The notes under the pieces: model-generated | The model's database searches: none | The model's input: only the letters and a program-made list of their open reading frames with translations | Told to the model about the DNA's origin: nothing | Translations under genes and position numbers: made by a program | NCBI GenBank assembly: GCA_965262915.1 | Contig: OZ253564.1 | Location: forward strand, 3,744,001-3,808,000 | Origin: Candidatus Spongiisociaceae bacterium | GTDB taxonomy: Bacteria > Actinomycetota > Acidimicrobiia > Spongiisociales > Spongiisociaceae | Direction of reading: 5' to 3' | DNA: 64,000 bases | In this document: positions 19,426 to 28,652 of the stretch, one piece after another | How the letters are laid out: the number at the start of each line of letters is the position of its first letter | Numbering within the stretch: position 1 is the stretch's first letter

Positions 19426-19748
19426 GCGGGCTACCGAGACGGGGCGAAGTCTGGTGGTGCGAGGTCCCCGACAAGCAGCGAAGACCGGTAGTCGTGCTGT
19501 CTCGGGATGCGGCCGTCTCCAAGCTACGGAGGGTGATCGCCGCGCCGTGCAGCACGGTGGTCCGCAACCTCGCCACGGAGGTGCGGCTGGAGCCGGGAGA
19601 AGAACCCGTGATGCTTCCGTGCGTCGTGCAACTGGACGCTACGTTCAATGTGTCGGTTGGGAACCTAACGTCCCGGCTCGGCCGGATAAGCGGCGAGCGG
19701 ATGCAGCAGGTGTGCGCGGCGCTGGCCGACGCTCTCGACTGCCGGTAG
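19422..19748 (+). CDS. mazF: PemK/MazF endoribonuclease toxin
   Basis: PRRGEVWW, RRPVVVLSRD, APCST, LGRIS..RMQQVCAAL. Confidence 0.93.
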   Translation: MSGLPRRGEVWWCEVPDKQRRPVVVLSRDAAVSKLRRVIAAPCSTVVRNLATEVRLEPGEEPVMLPCVVQLDATFNVSVGNLTSRLGRISGERMQQVCAALADALDCR

Positions 19749-19972
19749 TCGCACCGCCGACCGAGTCGGCATCCCTCACTCGATGCAGTCCGGTCCCGGG
19801 CGTGTCCCGGAATCCGATCAGAGAACGTCGCCGGTCGATGCTTAGAGCGTGCGCGGATAGGTGGGGAAATCCACCGGTTGGGGTGCCATCTCTACATCGA
19901 ATGAGCGCTGGTCCCGTTCCGCGTCAGAGGGTTTGCCAGATCGGGGAAGCCGGCTGACCTACCGCCATGGAC

Positions 19973-21595
19973 TCAGACGGACGAAGGGATGATGGGGACC
20001 AGCAGATAAGAGGCCTGATCGGCTCCCAGATGGATGGTATGACGTCCACGCCACTGGTCCGAGTTGTCGTGCGAGTAGCGTATGGTCGGGTCGTCTTCCC
20101 AAGGTTGTATGTCGAGCCGCAATCGATGTCCCTTCTTGAACACGTTACACATAGGCAAGATCTCGACCTCGACAAGTGTGGGCTCGCCGGGAACCAAGGG
20201 TTGGATCTCGTCGTGTGGATGGTACGGGCGGAAAGGGAGCGACAGAGCTTGGTCCAACTTCCGGTGAGAGGCCCGGAGCCATCCTCGCGATGCGGGACTG
20301 GGTTGGGCCCAACCGTTGGGAAAGCACACCTCACTTCCGTCCGGTGCGATGTTGCGCACAGCGACGAAGATGTCCATATCGTCGGTTGTCGACGACACGC
20401 TCACCACCAGTTTCATCGGACCCGTGATCTCGACATCCTCAGCAAAGGGAGTCGTCGAGAAGCTTGCCCCCCGTAACTCGTCTGAGCGGGGGCCCTCGGC
20501 CGAGTAGCTCACCTCGCCCGCCGTCTCGGGAGCGTCCGGCGTCAGCCGCCCACAATCTTCCAGGCTCAAGAACAGCTTCGTCCAGCACGTCCGGGCCAGG
20601 GGCCATTCGTGCTCGAAACGCCACTCTTCCTCGTCGGCCGAGGTTCGGATGGCGAGCTTGACCGGAGGCTCCTCCATGAGACCGTTATCGATACCTTTGA
20701 GCCAGTAATCGAAGAAATGAATCTGGTCCAAGCGCGCCTCAAGCCGGTAGAACGGTCCGATGTGGGTGCCCGTGTGCATCCGGAGACGCTTGTGTTCCGA
20801 GGGAGATCGGAAGAACGCCTCGGTGTTGCCCCGCAGGTGGAGACCGGCGCCGCCCCAGTTGCCGGCGCTGAGGAACGGCACGGTGATCTCTTCGAAGCGG
20901 GCAGACCGCTCTCGGTAGTACGGACCGTCCAACTCGTGGTCGCGGATGTCGTCGAAGAACGGTGCGAACTGGTCGCGCCAGCGCCCGGTTTTCTCGCCGA
21001 GTGTCCGCTTGACGACACGACTCCAATACCAGAACGAGAAGAACCCGTCGGCGAAGATCCCCCCTTGATGGGTGGAGTCTCGATACAGGTCCGACCAGCC
21101 CTCCCACGGGATCATCGCCTTAAGTGCCGGCGAGTGGAGCGCAGCCACGTTCCACTGGTTCACTGCAAAGTACGAGATCCCCATAAGACCCACACTGCCA
21201 CTGCACCACGGTTGTGCCGCCACCCATTCGATGGCGTCGTAGTAGTCCAGCGCCTCCTGGGTTGACACGATGTCGCAGAACCCGGGAGAGCGGCCCGAGC
21301 CCCTCATGTCCACCCGTATCTGAACGAAGCCCCGCGGGATCCACCACTCCGGGTTGGCCGATTCCCAATGCATGTACGGGCCACTCTCCTCGGCGGCGTC
21401 GCCGTAGTCGTAGTGCTCGTCTTTGGGATACGGCCCGAAAGTCATGATGGCGGGGAACTCACCTTCATCGTCAGGCCGGAAGACATCGCATTTCAATGCC
21501 AGCCCATCGCGCATCGGAACATCCAGATCCTTCTTGACGATGAGCCCGTATCGGGGTTGAGAGACCGTTGCCGCACTCACCGTGGCCTGGATCAT
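19973..21595 (-). CDS. CocE/NonD family serine hydrolase
   Basis: VPMRDG, DMRGSGRSPG, GISY nucleophile elbow, GWLRASHR C-terminal domain. Confidence 0.93.
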   Translation of the reverse strand: MIQATVSAATVSQPRYGLIVKKDLDVPMRDGLALKCDVFRPDDEGEFPAIMTFGPYPKDEHYDYGDAAEESGPYMHWESANPEWWIPRGFVQIRVDMRGSGRSPGFCDIVSTQEALDYYDAIEWVAAQPWCSGSVGLMGISYFAVNQWNVAALHSPALKAMIPWEGWSDLYRDSTHQGGIFADGFFSFWYWSRVVKRTLGEKTGRWRDQFAPFFDDIRDHELDGPYYRERSARFEEITVPFLSAGNWGGAGLHLRGNTEAFFRSPSEHKRLRMHTGTHIGPFYRLEARLDQIHFFDYWLKGIDNGLMEEPPVKLAIRTSADEEEWRFEHEWPLARTCWTKLFLSLEDCGRLTPDAPETAGEVSYSAEGPRSDELRGASFSTTPFAEDVEITGPMKLVVSVSSTTDDMDIFVAVRNIAPDGSEVCFPNGWAQPSPASRGWLRASHRKLDQALSLPFRPYHPHDEIQPLVPGEPTLVEVEILPMCNVFKKGHRLRLDIQPWEDDPTIRYSHDNSDQWRGRHTIHLGADQASYLLVPIIPSSV

Positions 21596-21817
21596 GGTCT
21601 CCTTGCCTACCTCGCCTGCCCTTCCCGGATTCGACCATCCGGTCCGTCAAGCCAACTTAGCGGAGGAGATTCCATAGCGCCAGGGTGGGTCGGAGTCATC
21701 CGGCATAGGCACGGATCCGACAGGCTGGGCGATGACCATGATTCCACCAGCCGAGAGCAGACGCAGCCACTAGCCCTGATTCACTCATACTGGGGGGTGA
21801 GTCGCCTAGGGCGGGTT

Positions 21818-21848
21818 TGACCCGCCCCGGTTTACCTGGGGCGGGTCA
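21818..21848. mobile_element. 31-bp IS3-like end-to-end scar
   Basis: TGACCCGCCCC-GGTTTACCT-GGGGCGGGTCA; TG..CA ends resembling IS6110-type IRs, located at a gene breakpoint. Confidence 0.6.
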
Positions 21849-22108
21849 CCGTGCACGGGGTGGAAGACACCGTCGATGGTGCATCCGGCTCCGGCGTTCG
21901 GGAACATCTCCTGCCATCCGCCCCGGTGCCCGGACAGCCAGTCGAGGTCGGCTGAATAGTAGACGCCGCCCGCGCCGGTCCTCAGCGGCCATTCAGAGTC
22001 GATCCACGCTAGCCCCTTCATGCCTCCGGGACGGCCCAGCCGGACGATCTCCGCTCCTTTGGCCTGGTCTATCTCCACTTCCAGACGCTTGGTTCCCAGA
22101 CGGATCAC
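21849..22108 (-). pseudogene. Truncated aldose-1-epimerase/galactose-mutarotase-like gene
   Basis: GTGA-coupled start; GAEIVRL...GGWQEMFPNAG...HG, then breaks at the scar. Confidence 0.7.
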
Positions 22109-23116
22109 TGTCGGCTGCTCGGAGAGGTGATCTGCTCGGGAAAGTGGCATGCACTCCGCCAGCTGCCGGCCAGCCGGTGCTGGAGGCGGGTTGTCTCGGT
22201 GGCGCACAGTTCCTGCGCCTTCCAGCAACCGATGCGGAAGCGGCAGGCCGACGGAGGTTCGATCGGACTCGGCACCTCTCCGGAAAGCAGGCTGCGGCTT
22301 CGTTCCTCACGGGACACCGGCTCGGGAACCGGCACTGCCGATACCTGCGCCTGGGTGTAGGGATGGGAGGGACGGGAGAAGACCTCGTCACGGAGACCCC
22401 ACTCGACCATCCTCCCCATGTACATCACCGCCACCCTTTCGCATACGTGTCTCACCACGGACAGGTCGTTAGCGATGAATGGGTAGGCCAGCCCCAGCTC
22501 GTTCTTCAGTTCGATCAGCAGGTTGATTATCTGCGCCTGGATGGACATGTCCAGCGCCGAGACCGGCTCGTCCAGGACCAGCAGTTTGGGACGAAGCGCC
22601 AGCGCCCGGGCGATGCTTATCCGCTGCCGCTGACCTCCCGAGAACTCGTGGGGATACTTCTTGACGTCGCCGGGTCGAGCCCCACCAACCCGAGGAGTTC
22701 GGCGATCCGCTCCCGCTCCGGACGGCGTCCCTCGTGAACCAGCAGCGGCTCCGCCACTATCTCCCCCACTTTCATACCGGGATTCAGGGAGGCGAACGGA
22801 TCCTGGAAGACGATCTGCATGTTGCGCCGGATCGGACGCATCTCCCGGCGGCCCAGTTCGGTGATGTCCTGGCCCATGAAAACGATCCGGCCGCTGGTCG
22901 GCGAGAGCAGGCGCAGGATCAGCTTGGCGATAGTCGACTCCCGCACCCCGACTCCCCCACCAACCCCAGGGCCTCCCCCTCCGCGATGGAGAAACTCACC
23001 CCGTCCACTGCCCGCAGCCACCGCCGCCGACCCAACGCCCCTTCCATCTGGACGGGGTAGTGCATCACCACGTCCTCTACGCTCACGAGACCATCGGGTA
23101 CCCCATATGAAGTCAT
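22105..23116 (-). pseudogene. Oligopeptide ABC ATPase (OppF/DppF-like), frameshifted
   Basis: GESGCG(K) with a -1 frameshift at about 22939, second frameshift at about 22667 before [12 protein letters not shown]; H-loop HDL changed to NDL; PSHPYT and CRF..C C-terminus. Confidence 0.88.
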
Positions 23117-23267
23117 CGCTCGGCAGACTAGCGCAGTGGACATCGCTGGTACACGCCCCTATACCGGCATCCCTATCGCCACCGATCGCTGTCCACCACC
23201 GTGGATCAGGGCTTCCCGCGCTCCATCAGATCATGCCTCCGGTTGATGCTTGTAGTGTTGACTCCTG

Positions 23268-24023
23268 TCACGTCAACATGACACGGCCGCCGCTGGCTAC
23301 GACTGTCTGGCCGGTGATGTAACTCGCCTCGTCGCTGAGGAGAAAGTTGACGACCGCCGCTATCTCGTCGGGTTGACCGATGCGACCCATCGGGACGGCC
23401 TCGAGCGCCGCGGCGACGAAACCGGCCGGCACCCTGGAGACAGCCTCCGTATCGATCATGCCCGGACACACCGCATTGATACGGAGACCGTGCTGCGCCC
23501 ACGCCCCGGCGCTGGACCGGACCAGGGCCAGCACCCCTGCTTTGGCCACCGAGTAGTGGAGGACTTGCGGCCGAGGCCGCAGCGCTGCGATCGACGAGAT
23601 CATCACGATCCTCCCGTAGCCGCGTCGGATCATCCCGTCCTTGACTGCGTACAGGGCATTGAAGGAACCGTCGAGGTTGACCGACAGCAGCCGCCGCCAC
23701 GACTCCCAGGTCACCTCATCGGCCGGTTCCACGACCGCCAGACCGGCGCAGTGGACCAGAATGTCCAGAGGTCCGAGCGCCTTCCGGGCTGCTTCGGCGA
23801 CTGCGTTCGCCTGGGCCGGATCCGATACGTCCCCCCGGACGAGCAGGGCGCGACCCCCGAACTCCTCTACCTCTTGGCAGGCACGGTGTGCGGCGTCGTC
23901 CTTCGATAGGTAGTTCAGCGCCACATCCGCCCCTTCGGCCGCGAGCCGCAGGCTCACAGCCCGCCCGATCCCGCGGGTACCGCCCGTTACCAACGCGCTG
24001 CGCCCCTGGAACTGCCGGTTCAT
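23268..24023 (-). CDS. SDR family oxidoreductase (FabG-like)
   Basis: TGGTRGIG, YSVAK, NAVCPGMIDT. Confidence 0.93.
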   Translation of the reverse strand: MNRQFQGRSALVTGGTRGIGRAVSLRLAAEGADVALNYLSKDDAAHRACQEVEEFGGRALLVRGDVSDPAQANAVAEAARKALGPLDILVHCAGLAVVEPADEVTWESWRRLLSVNLDGSFNALYAVKDGMIRRGYGRIVMISSIAALRPRPQVLHYSVAKAGVLALVRSSAGAWAQHGLRINAVCPGMIDTEAVSRVPAGFVAAALEAVPMGRIGQPDEIAAVVNFLLSDEASYITGQTVVASGGRVMLT

Positions 24024-24140
24024 GGTGTTCTCCTTCCTCTCGCGAGAGGACGCCGCTCGACGCTCGGGTGGGCTACCGGAGCCAGGCCCGCCCGTCCATG
24101 CCTGTCCACCTTCGGCCCGCGGGCTTTGCGGCCCGAACGA

Positions 24141-25220
24141 TCATCCGTCCTCGTCCCCGATGGACCATCGAGCCGGACGGACCGGCCCGCCGGACACCCA
24201 ACTCTCCCACAGTGCTTCGACCAGGCCCATCGAGATGGCGCCGTCCTCCAGGGTGGGACCGATCTGTTTGCGGAAGCGGGTGACGATAGCGAAGGCGTGT
24301 AGTTCTTCCAGGTAACCATGCCGGAGCGTCCCGGCGTAGGTATAACCCTGGTTCCAGCCCCAGGACGGTGCGTCGGCGTACCCTCCGAGCACACCGCCCG
24401 CCGGCGACGAACCGATCACCCGCAGCTCCTTGGCGTTGGTGACGATGGCGGTCTGGCCGCCGCTGCCTCCGACCACTATCTCGGTTTCCAGCGCGGCTGC
24501 ATGCGATGTGCAGCCCAGTACGCCCACCGCGCCGCTCGCGAAGGCGAGGCCGGCCGCGAAGCTGAAGGCGTCGCCTCGGGTTCCGAGCCGTGCGGTGACC
24601 TCGGTCACCTCGCCCATCAGGAACCTCATACAGTCGATGAGGTGGATCGCCTGCGATCCGAGGTAGGCCTGTGGCGCGGAGCCAAGCCGGTAGTAATCGT
24701 CGCTCACAGGACCGGGCGCGAACAGACGACCGCTACAGAACAGCCCGTCGCCGAACTCTTCCTCGCGCATCAGATCCTTGAGCAGCCGGATTGCGGTGGT
24801 GTGCCTGAGCATGGTGCCGACCATCCCTGCATGGCCGGCCGCGGCCACCCGGCGGGCGAGTCGTCGCGCCTCCTCGGCCGAAGGCGCCGGGGGCTTCTCG
24901 ACGAACAGGTTCATCCCACGCGCAGCCACCTCGAGACCGAGTTCGTAATGCATGTGCGGCGTACCGACGACTATCACCGCCTCCGGTCGGCACTCGTCCA
25001 GCATCTGCGCGAAGTCGACGTAGGAGGCGTTCGCCCCGAACCGGCGGGCGCAATCGGCGGCCAATCCGGCGTCGAGGTCGCACACTCCGACCATGTCGAA
25101 CGATGGCAGGCGGGCCAGGTTGGGCTGCAACGCCGAGCGGGAGTGGCGTCCGCAACCAACTATCGCGACCCGTACCGGAGAATCGATGAGTCTGCGTTCC
25201 TCGTCCGTGGCGGAACGCAC
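24141..25220 (-). CDS. Gfo/Idh/MocA family oxidoreductase
   Basis: VAIVGCG, GVCD, FVEKP, IHLID; GTG start after GAGG is tentative. Confidence 0.88.
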   Translation of the reverse strand: MRSATDEERRLIDSPVRVAIVGCGRHSRSALQPNLARLPSFDMVGVCDLDAGLAADCARRFGANASYVDFAQMLDECRPEAVIVVGTPHMHYELGLEVAARGMNLFVEKPPAPSAEEARRLARRVAAAGHAGMVGTMLRHTTAIRLLKDLMREEEFGDGLFCSGRLFAPGPVSDDYYRLGSAPQAYLGSQAIHLIDCMRFLMGEVTEVTARLGTRGDAFSFAAGLAFASGAVGVLGCTSHAAALETEIVVGGSGGQTAIVTNAKELRVIGSSPAGGVLGGYADAPSWGWNQGYTYAGTLRHGYLEELHAFAIVTRFRKQIGPTLEDGAISMGLVEALWESWVSGGPVRPARWSIGDEDG

Positions 25221-25415
25221 GAAGTCCTCGTATCGACTCTCACCGCCCAAGTACCGGATGAGGGCCGGAGAGAGGCGGGTCGAGGGGCCGGAACGGCCGG
25301 GGGTTTCCTGGCTGTCCGTCTCGCTGATGATCCGACCCGGTGGTCGAGGCCCGGCCTGTGCTCGCACGACGCCCAGGGTACCGGTCTACAATCGCCCCAC
25401 CGACAGGAGTGGACT

Positions 25416-27182
25416 ACGGGCGATCCGACTGACATAACAGCCGCAGCCTCCCTCGTTCGCGCCTTGGAGCGCGAGGGGGTCGACACCGTTTTCGGGCTGG
25501 TCGGCCACGGCAACCTTGCTTTCGTGGATGCCCTCCAGGACAGCGACGCGATCGATTACGTGACGGTGTTCCACGAGCAGGTGGCAGCCCACGCCGCCGA
25601 CGCGTACTTCCGAGCCGGCGGGAGGATCGCGGTCGTGACGACCACCGTGGGACCAGGGTTCACCAACCTGATGACCGGGCTGGGCGATGCCATGCTCGAC
25701 TCGTCCGCCATGGTGGTCATCGCCGGGGGGATGCCGAGCGCCTACGTGGGGAGGGAGCCACTCCAGGAACTCTCCTACTCGATCGACAACGCCCAGCTCG
25801 ATATCGCCCGGCCCCTCACCAAGCGCATCATCCTCGCCACCGGGCCCGCGGAGCTCGCCAACCAGTTCCACCGCGCCGTCCGGTACGCCCTGGCCGGCTG
25901 TCCCGGGCCCGTGGTGCTGCAGGTCCCGCTGGACTTCTTCGGGGATTGGGTGGCGCCGTCGGTGGCGACCCTCCGACCCACCCGGCCCGGACGCAGCGGC
26001 CCCGACTCCGCCGAAGTGGAACGGGCCGCCGACCTGATTGCTCAAGCCGAACGTCCCCTCATATTCGCCGGCGGAGGCTCCATCATCTCGCGCGCCTCGG
26101 CTGCCGTGACCCATCTCGCCGATGAGTTCGGGTTACCCGTCGCCACCACCATGAGCGGGCAGGGCGCCATCGCCGAAGATCACCCCCTGTCGATCGGCTA
26201 CACGGGCGTCGTGGGAACCCGGCCGGGTAACAACGCGGCGAGGAGGGCCGACCTGCTGCTGGCGGTCGGTACCCGTTTCCCTGAGATGGACTGCAACAAC
26301 TGGCGACCGGAGTACTTCACCCCCATCCCGCCCAGCCGGCTGATCCACATCGATATCGACCCGAACCAGATCGGCAAGATCTACCCCACCGATGTCGCCC
26401 TGGTGGGTGACGCCCGCCGCTCCCTCGTGGAGGTCGCCACCGCTCTGTCCGGCCGCCTCGACGGAGGGAACCGGTGGAAGGACTGGCATGCCGAGCTAGC
26501 CCACGAGAAGCAGACCTGGGCGGACGACCTCCACGACGTCCGTACCACGCCCAGCTTCCCTTACGAGCCTGCCTACCTGGGAACCCTGCTGCGCGGGTTG
26601 CTGCCTCCCGAGACCATCCTGGTGACGGGGGTGGGTATCCGCCACGCCATCGGACAGCACTACCCGTTCCTGGAGGAGGGCACCCAGGTGGTGGCCAGCG
26701 GGTTCGGGACGATGGGCCAGGAGGTGGCCGCCCCGATCGGGGTACGGCTGGCCCGCCCGGACGTCCCGGTGGTGGCTCTGGTGGGCGACGGGGCGGTGAT
26801 GGCCTGCCTGGCGGCGCTTCCCACCGCGGCGGCGGCGAACATCGACGTGGTGTGGCTGATCGCCAACAACACCGGCTACGCATCGATCGCCCTCTACCAG
26901 ACCAAGCACTACGGGCGCGACGCCGGCACCTATTTCAAGGACTCGGAAGGGGTCTCCTACGATCTCGACTACGTGGCCTTCGCCCGTTCGTTCGGCGCCC
27001 GGGCCGAGCGGGTCACCGATCCGGACGACTTTCCCGGACTGCTCTCGAAGGCTCTCGAAGAGCGCGGCACCTGGGTGCTCGAACTGCCGGTGACGCCGTA
27101 TCCCCGGATCATCGGATCGGGCCACTGGGACGTGAACGACATCCTGGCGGCCGGTACCGAGAGGGGTCGTGCCGGCACCTGA
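25416..27182 (+). CDS. ThDP-dependent enzyme (ALS/IolD/cyclohexanedione-hydrolase-like); apparent ACG start
   Basis: FGLVGHGN, HEQVAAHAADAY, GPGFTN, GDGA..N-N ThDP motif; AGGAG-N6-ACG in frame. Confidence 0.88.
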   Translation, partial: TGDPTDITAAASLVRALEREGVDTVFGLVGHGNLAFVDALQDSDAIDYVTVFHEQVAAHAADAYFRAGGRIAVVTTTVGPGFTNLMTGLGDAMLDSSAMVVIAGGMPSAYVGREPLQELSYSIDNAQLDIARPLTKRIILATGPAELANQFHRAVRYALAGCPGPVVLQVPLDFFGDWVAPSVATLRPTRPGRSGPDSAEVERAADLIAQAERPLIFAGGGSIISRASAAVTHLADEFGLPVATTMSGQGAIAEDHPLSIGYTGVVGTRPGNNAARRADLLLAVGTRFPEMDCNNWRPEYFTPIPPSRLIHIDIDPNQIGKIYPTDVALVGDARRSLVEVATALSGRLDGGNRWKDWHAELAHEKQTWADDLHDVRTTPSFPYEPAYLGTLLRGLLPPETILVTGVGIRHAIGQHYPFLEEGTQVVASGFGTMGQEVAAPIGVRLARPDVPVVALVGDGAVMACLAALPTAAAANIDVVWLIANNTGYASIALYQTKHYGRDAGTYFKDSEGVSYDLDYVAFARSFGARAERVTDPDDFPGLLSKALEERGTWVLELPVTPYPRIIGSGHWDVNDILAAGTERGRAGT

Positions 27183-27230
27183 GGATCACCGACCGCCGAT
27201 GTACAAGGACCGCTCGAGGAGGGTGTCGCA

Positions 27231-28196
27231 TTGAGTGAACCGGGCCGGATACGAACCGTGCTGGGCGACGTAGCGTCCGAGCCTTGGGGGATAACCAACG
27301 CCCATGCCCATCTGATGGGTGGCGCGGACACTTCGAAGCCCCCATTCGACACCACCGATGCGTCCGAGCTGATCATGACCCTCGACGACAGCCTGCCCGA
27401 ACTCGAGGACTTCGCCCGCGCCGGCGGCTTCTGCCTGGTGGACCTGACCCCCGCGAGCATGGGACGGGACCCGGCCGCTCTGGTCAGAGCCTCCGAGGAG
27501 ACCGGAGTGCACATCGTCATGGGAACCGGCATCTATCACGAAGCCCACCACCCCGATTCCATAGCCGGTCTGAACGACACGGAGATCGCCGAGATCCTCG
27601 TCCGGGACATCACCGAGGGCGTGGACGGGACCGGCATCCGGGCGGGCATCATCGGGGAGCAGGGAACCTTCACCGGCCCGATGACCGAGCGCGAGGCGGT
27701 GGTGTTCCGGGCCTCGGCCATGGCGGCCGTCGAGACCGGGTTGGCGGTCACCACCCACACCCACCTGGGGCTCAACGCGCTGGATCAGATCGATGTCCTC
27801 CTCTCCCAGGGCCTCGATCCGGATCGCATCGTCATCGGCCACCTGGACGACGGGGAGCCCGACCTCGACCTGATCCGGGAGATCATCGAGCGGGGCGCCT
27901 GGGCCCAGTTCGACGACATCGGATACGAGTACTACACCGAGCGGCTCAAGATCCAGATGACCACCGACGTGGTCCGGGCCCGCAAGCTGGCCCAGCTGGC
28001 GGAGGAAGGCCTCACGGGGCAGGTCATCCTCGCCAGCGACTTCGGCATGCAACGCCACCTCCGAGCCAGGGGCGGGCCGGGCCTCGTCGTGCTGGCCGAC
28101 CGGTTCCGCAGGACCGCGCTGACACAAGGTGTTCCGGTCGAGGTGCTCGACCAGTGCATGATCACCAACCCGGCGACCATGCTGACCATGCGGTGA
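27231..28196 (+). CDS. Phosphotriesterase-family (Php/PTER-like) hydrolase 1
   Basis: HAH, GRDP, MGTG.Y, GIIGE, THT, GHLD, FD.IG, ASD, NPA. Confidence 0.92.
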   Translation: MSEPGRIRTVLGDVASEPWGITNAHAHLMGGADTSKPPFDTTDASELIMTLDDSLPELEDFARAGGFCLVDLTPASMGRDPAALVRASEETGVHIVMGTGIYHEAHHPDSIAGLNDTEIAEILVRDITEGVDGTGIRAGIIGEQGTFTGPMTEREAVVFRASAMAAVETGLAVTTHTHLGLNALDQIDVLLSQGLDPDRIVIGHLDDGEPDLDLIREIIERGAWAQFDDIGYEYYTERLKIQMTTDVVRARKLAQLAEEGLTGQVILASDFGMQRHLRARGGPGLVVLADRFRRTALTQGVPVEVLDQCMITNPATMLTMR

Positions 28197-28293
28197 GGTT
28201 CCGGTCCGCAACCCGCCGCCGTCCCGGTCCCGCTCCGTGCGCGTGACTCCGTTCCGCCGCTCGAACGTTCCGATGCCCGCCCCGGTCCCCACC

Positions 28294-28523
28294 TCGCGAA
28301 AACTCTCCCCAACCGAGGGGTTGAACCTGTCACACCGCCACCCCATACTTGAGAGGTACCAAGCACCTGCGCGGTCGGGAAGTCGACGTCGGCCCGGTCG
28401 CCGGAGGGAACAAGATTCAGGAGCAGCAGCCCCCGGCAGGCCGGGCGAAGCACGCTCCGAACCCAGGAGAGGTGGTGGTGGGGGAGGGCCCGGCGGATCG
28501 AACCACCGCGGCGATTTTCGCGA
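28294..28523 (+). ncRNA. Candidate structured RNA / mini-element with internal promoter, copy A
   Basis: Homologous to 41775-42042 (inverted); TCGCGAAAA..TTTTCGCGA ends; TTGAAC-N17-CATACT; 27-nt identical block at 28471-28497. Confidence 0.6.
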
Positions 28524-28652
28524 TTCGATGAGAGTGAGAGGTGTTCTCGGTTCATCGACTCGGGGACTCAGCCGCCGCATGGCAACCCGGTGCAGCTGCA
28601 CCCGCCCCTACGAACACGAAACGACACCGCCCGTGCAGGAAGGACGGGCAAG

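Noticed and set aside
24318-25415. 954-aa ORF suggesting a long N-terminal fusion to the ThDP enzyme
   Set aside because: The extension is the antisense shadow of the Gfo/Idh/MocA gene.
28471-28510. tRNA-like 3' end on the minus strand (GGTTCGATCC...CCCCCACCACCA)
   Set aside because: The T-stem does not pair properly, there is no cloverleaf, and copy B lacks the TTCGA loop.
28349-28531. 60-aa ORF resembling part of the 41749-42123 ORF (GTKH, VVVGEGPA)
   Set aside because: The similarity follows nucleotide blocks, the middle is frameshifted between copies and starts are not conserved; better explained as non-coding.
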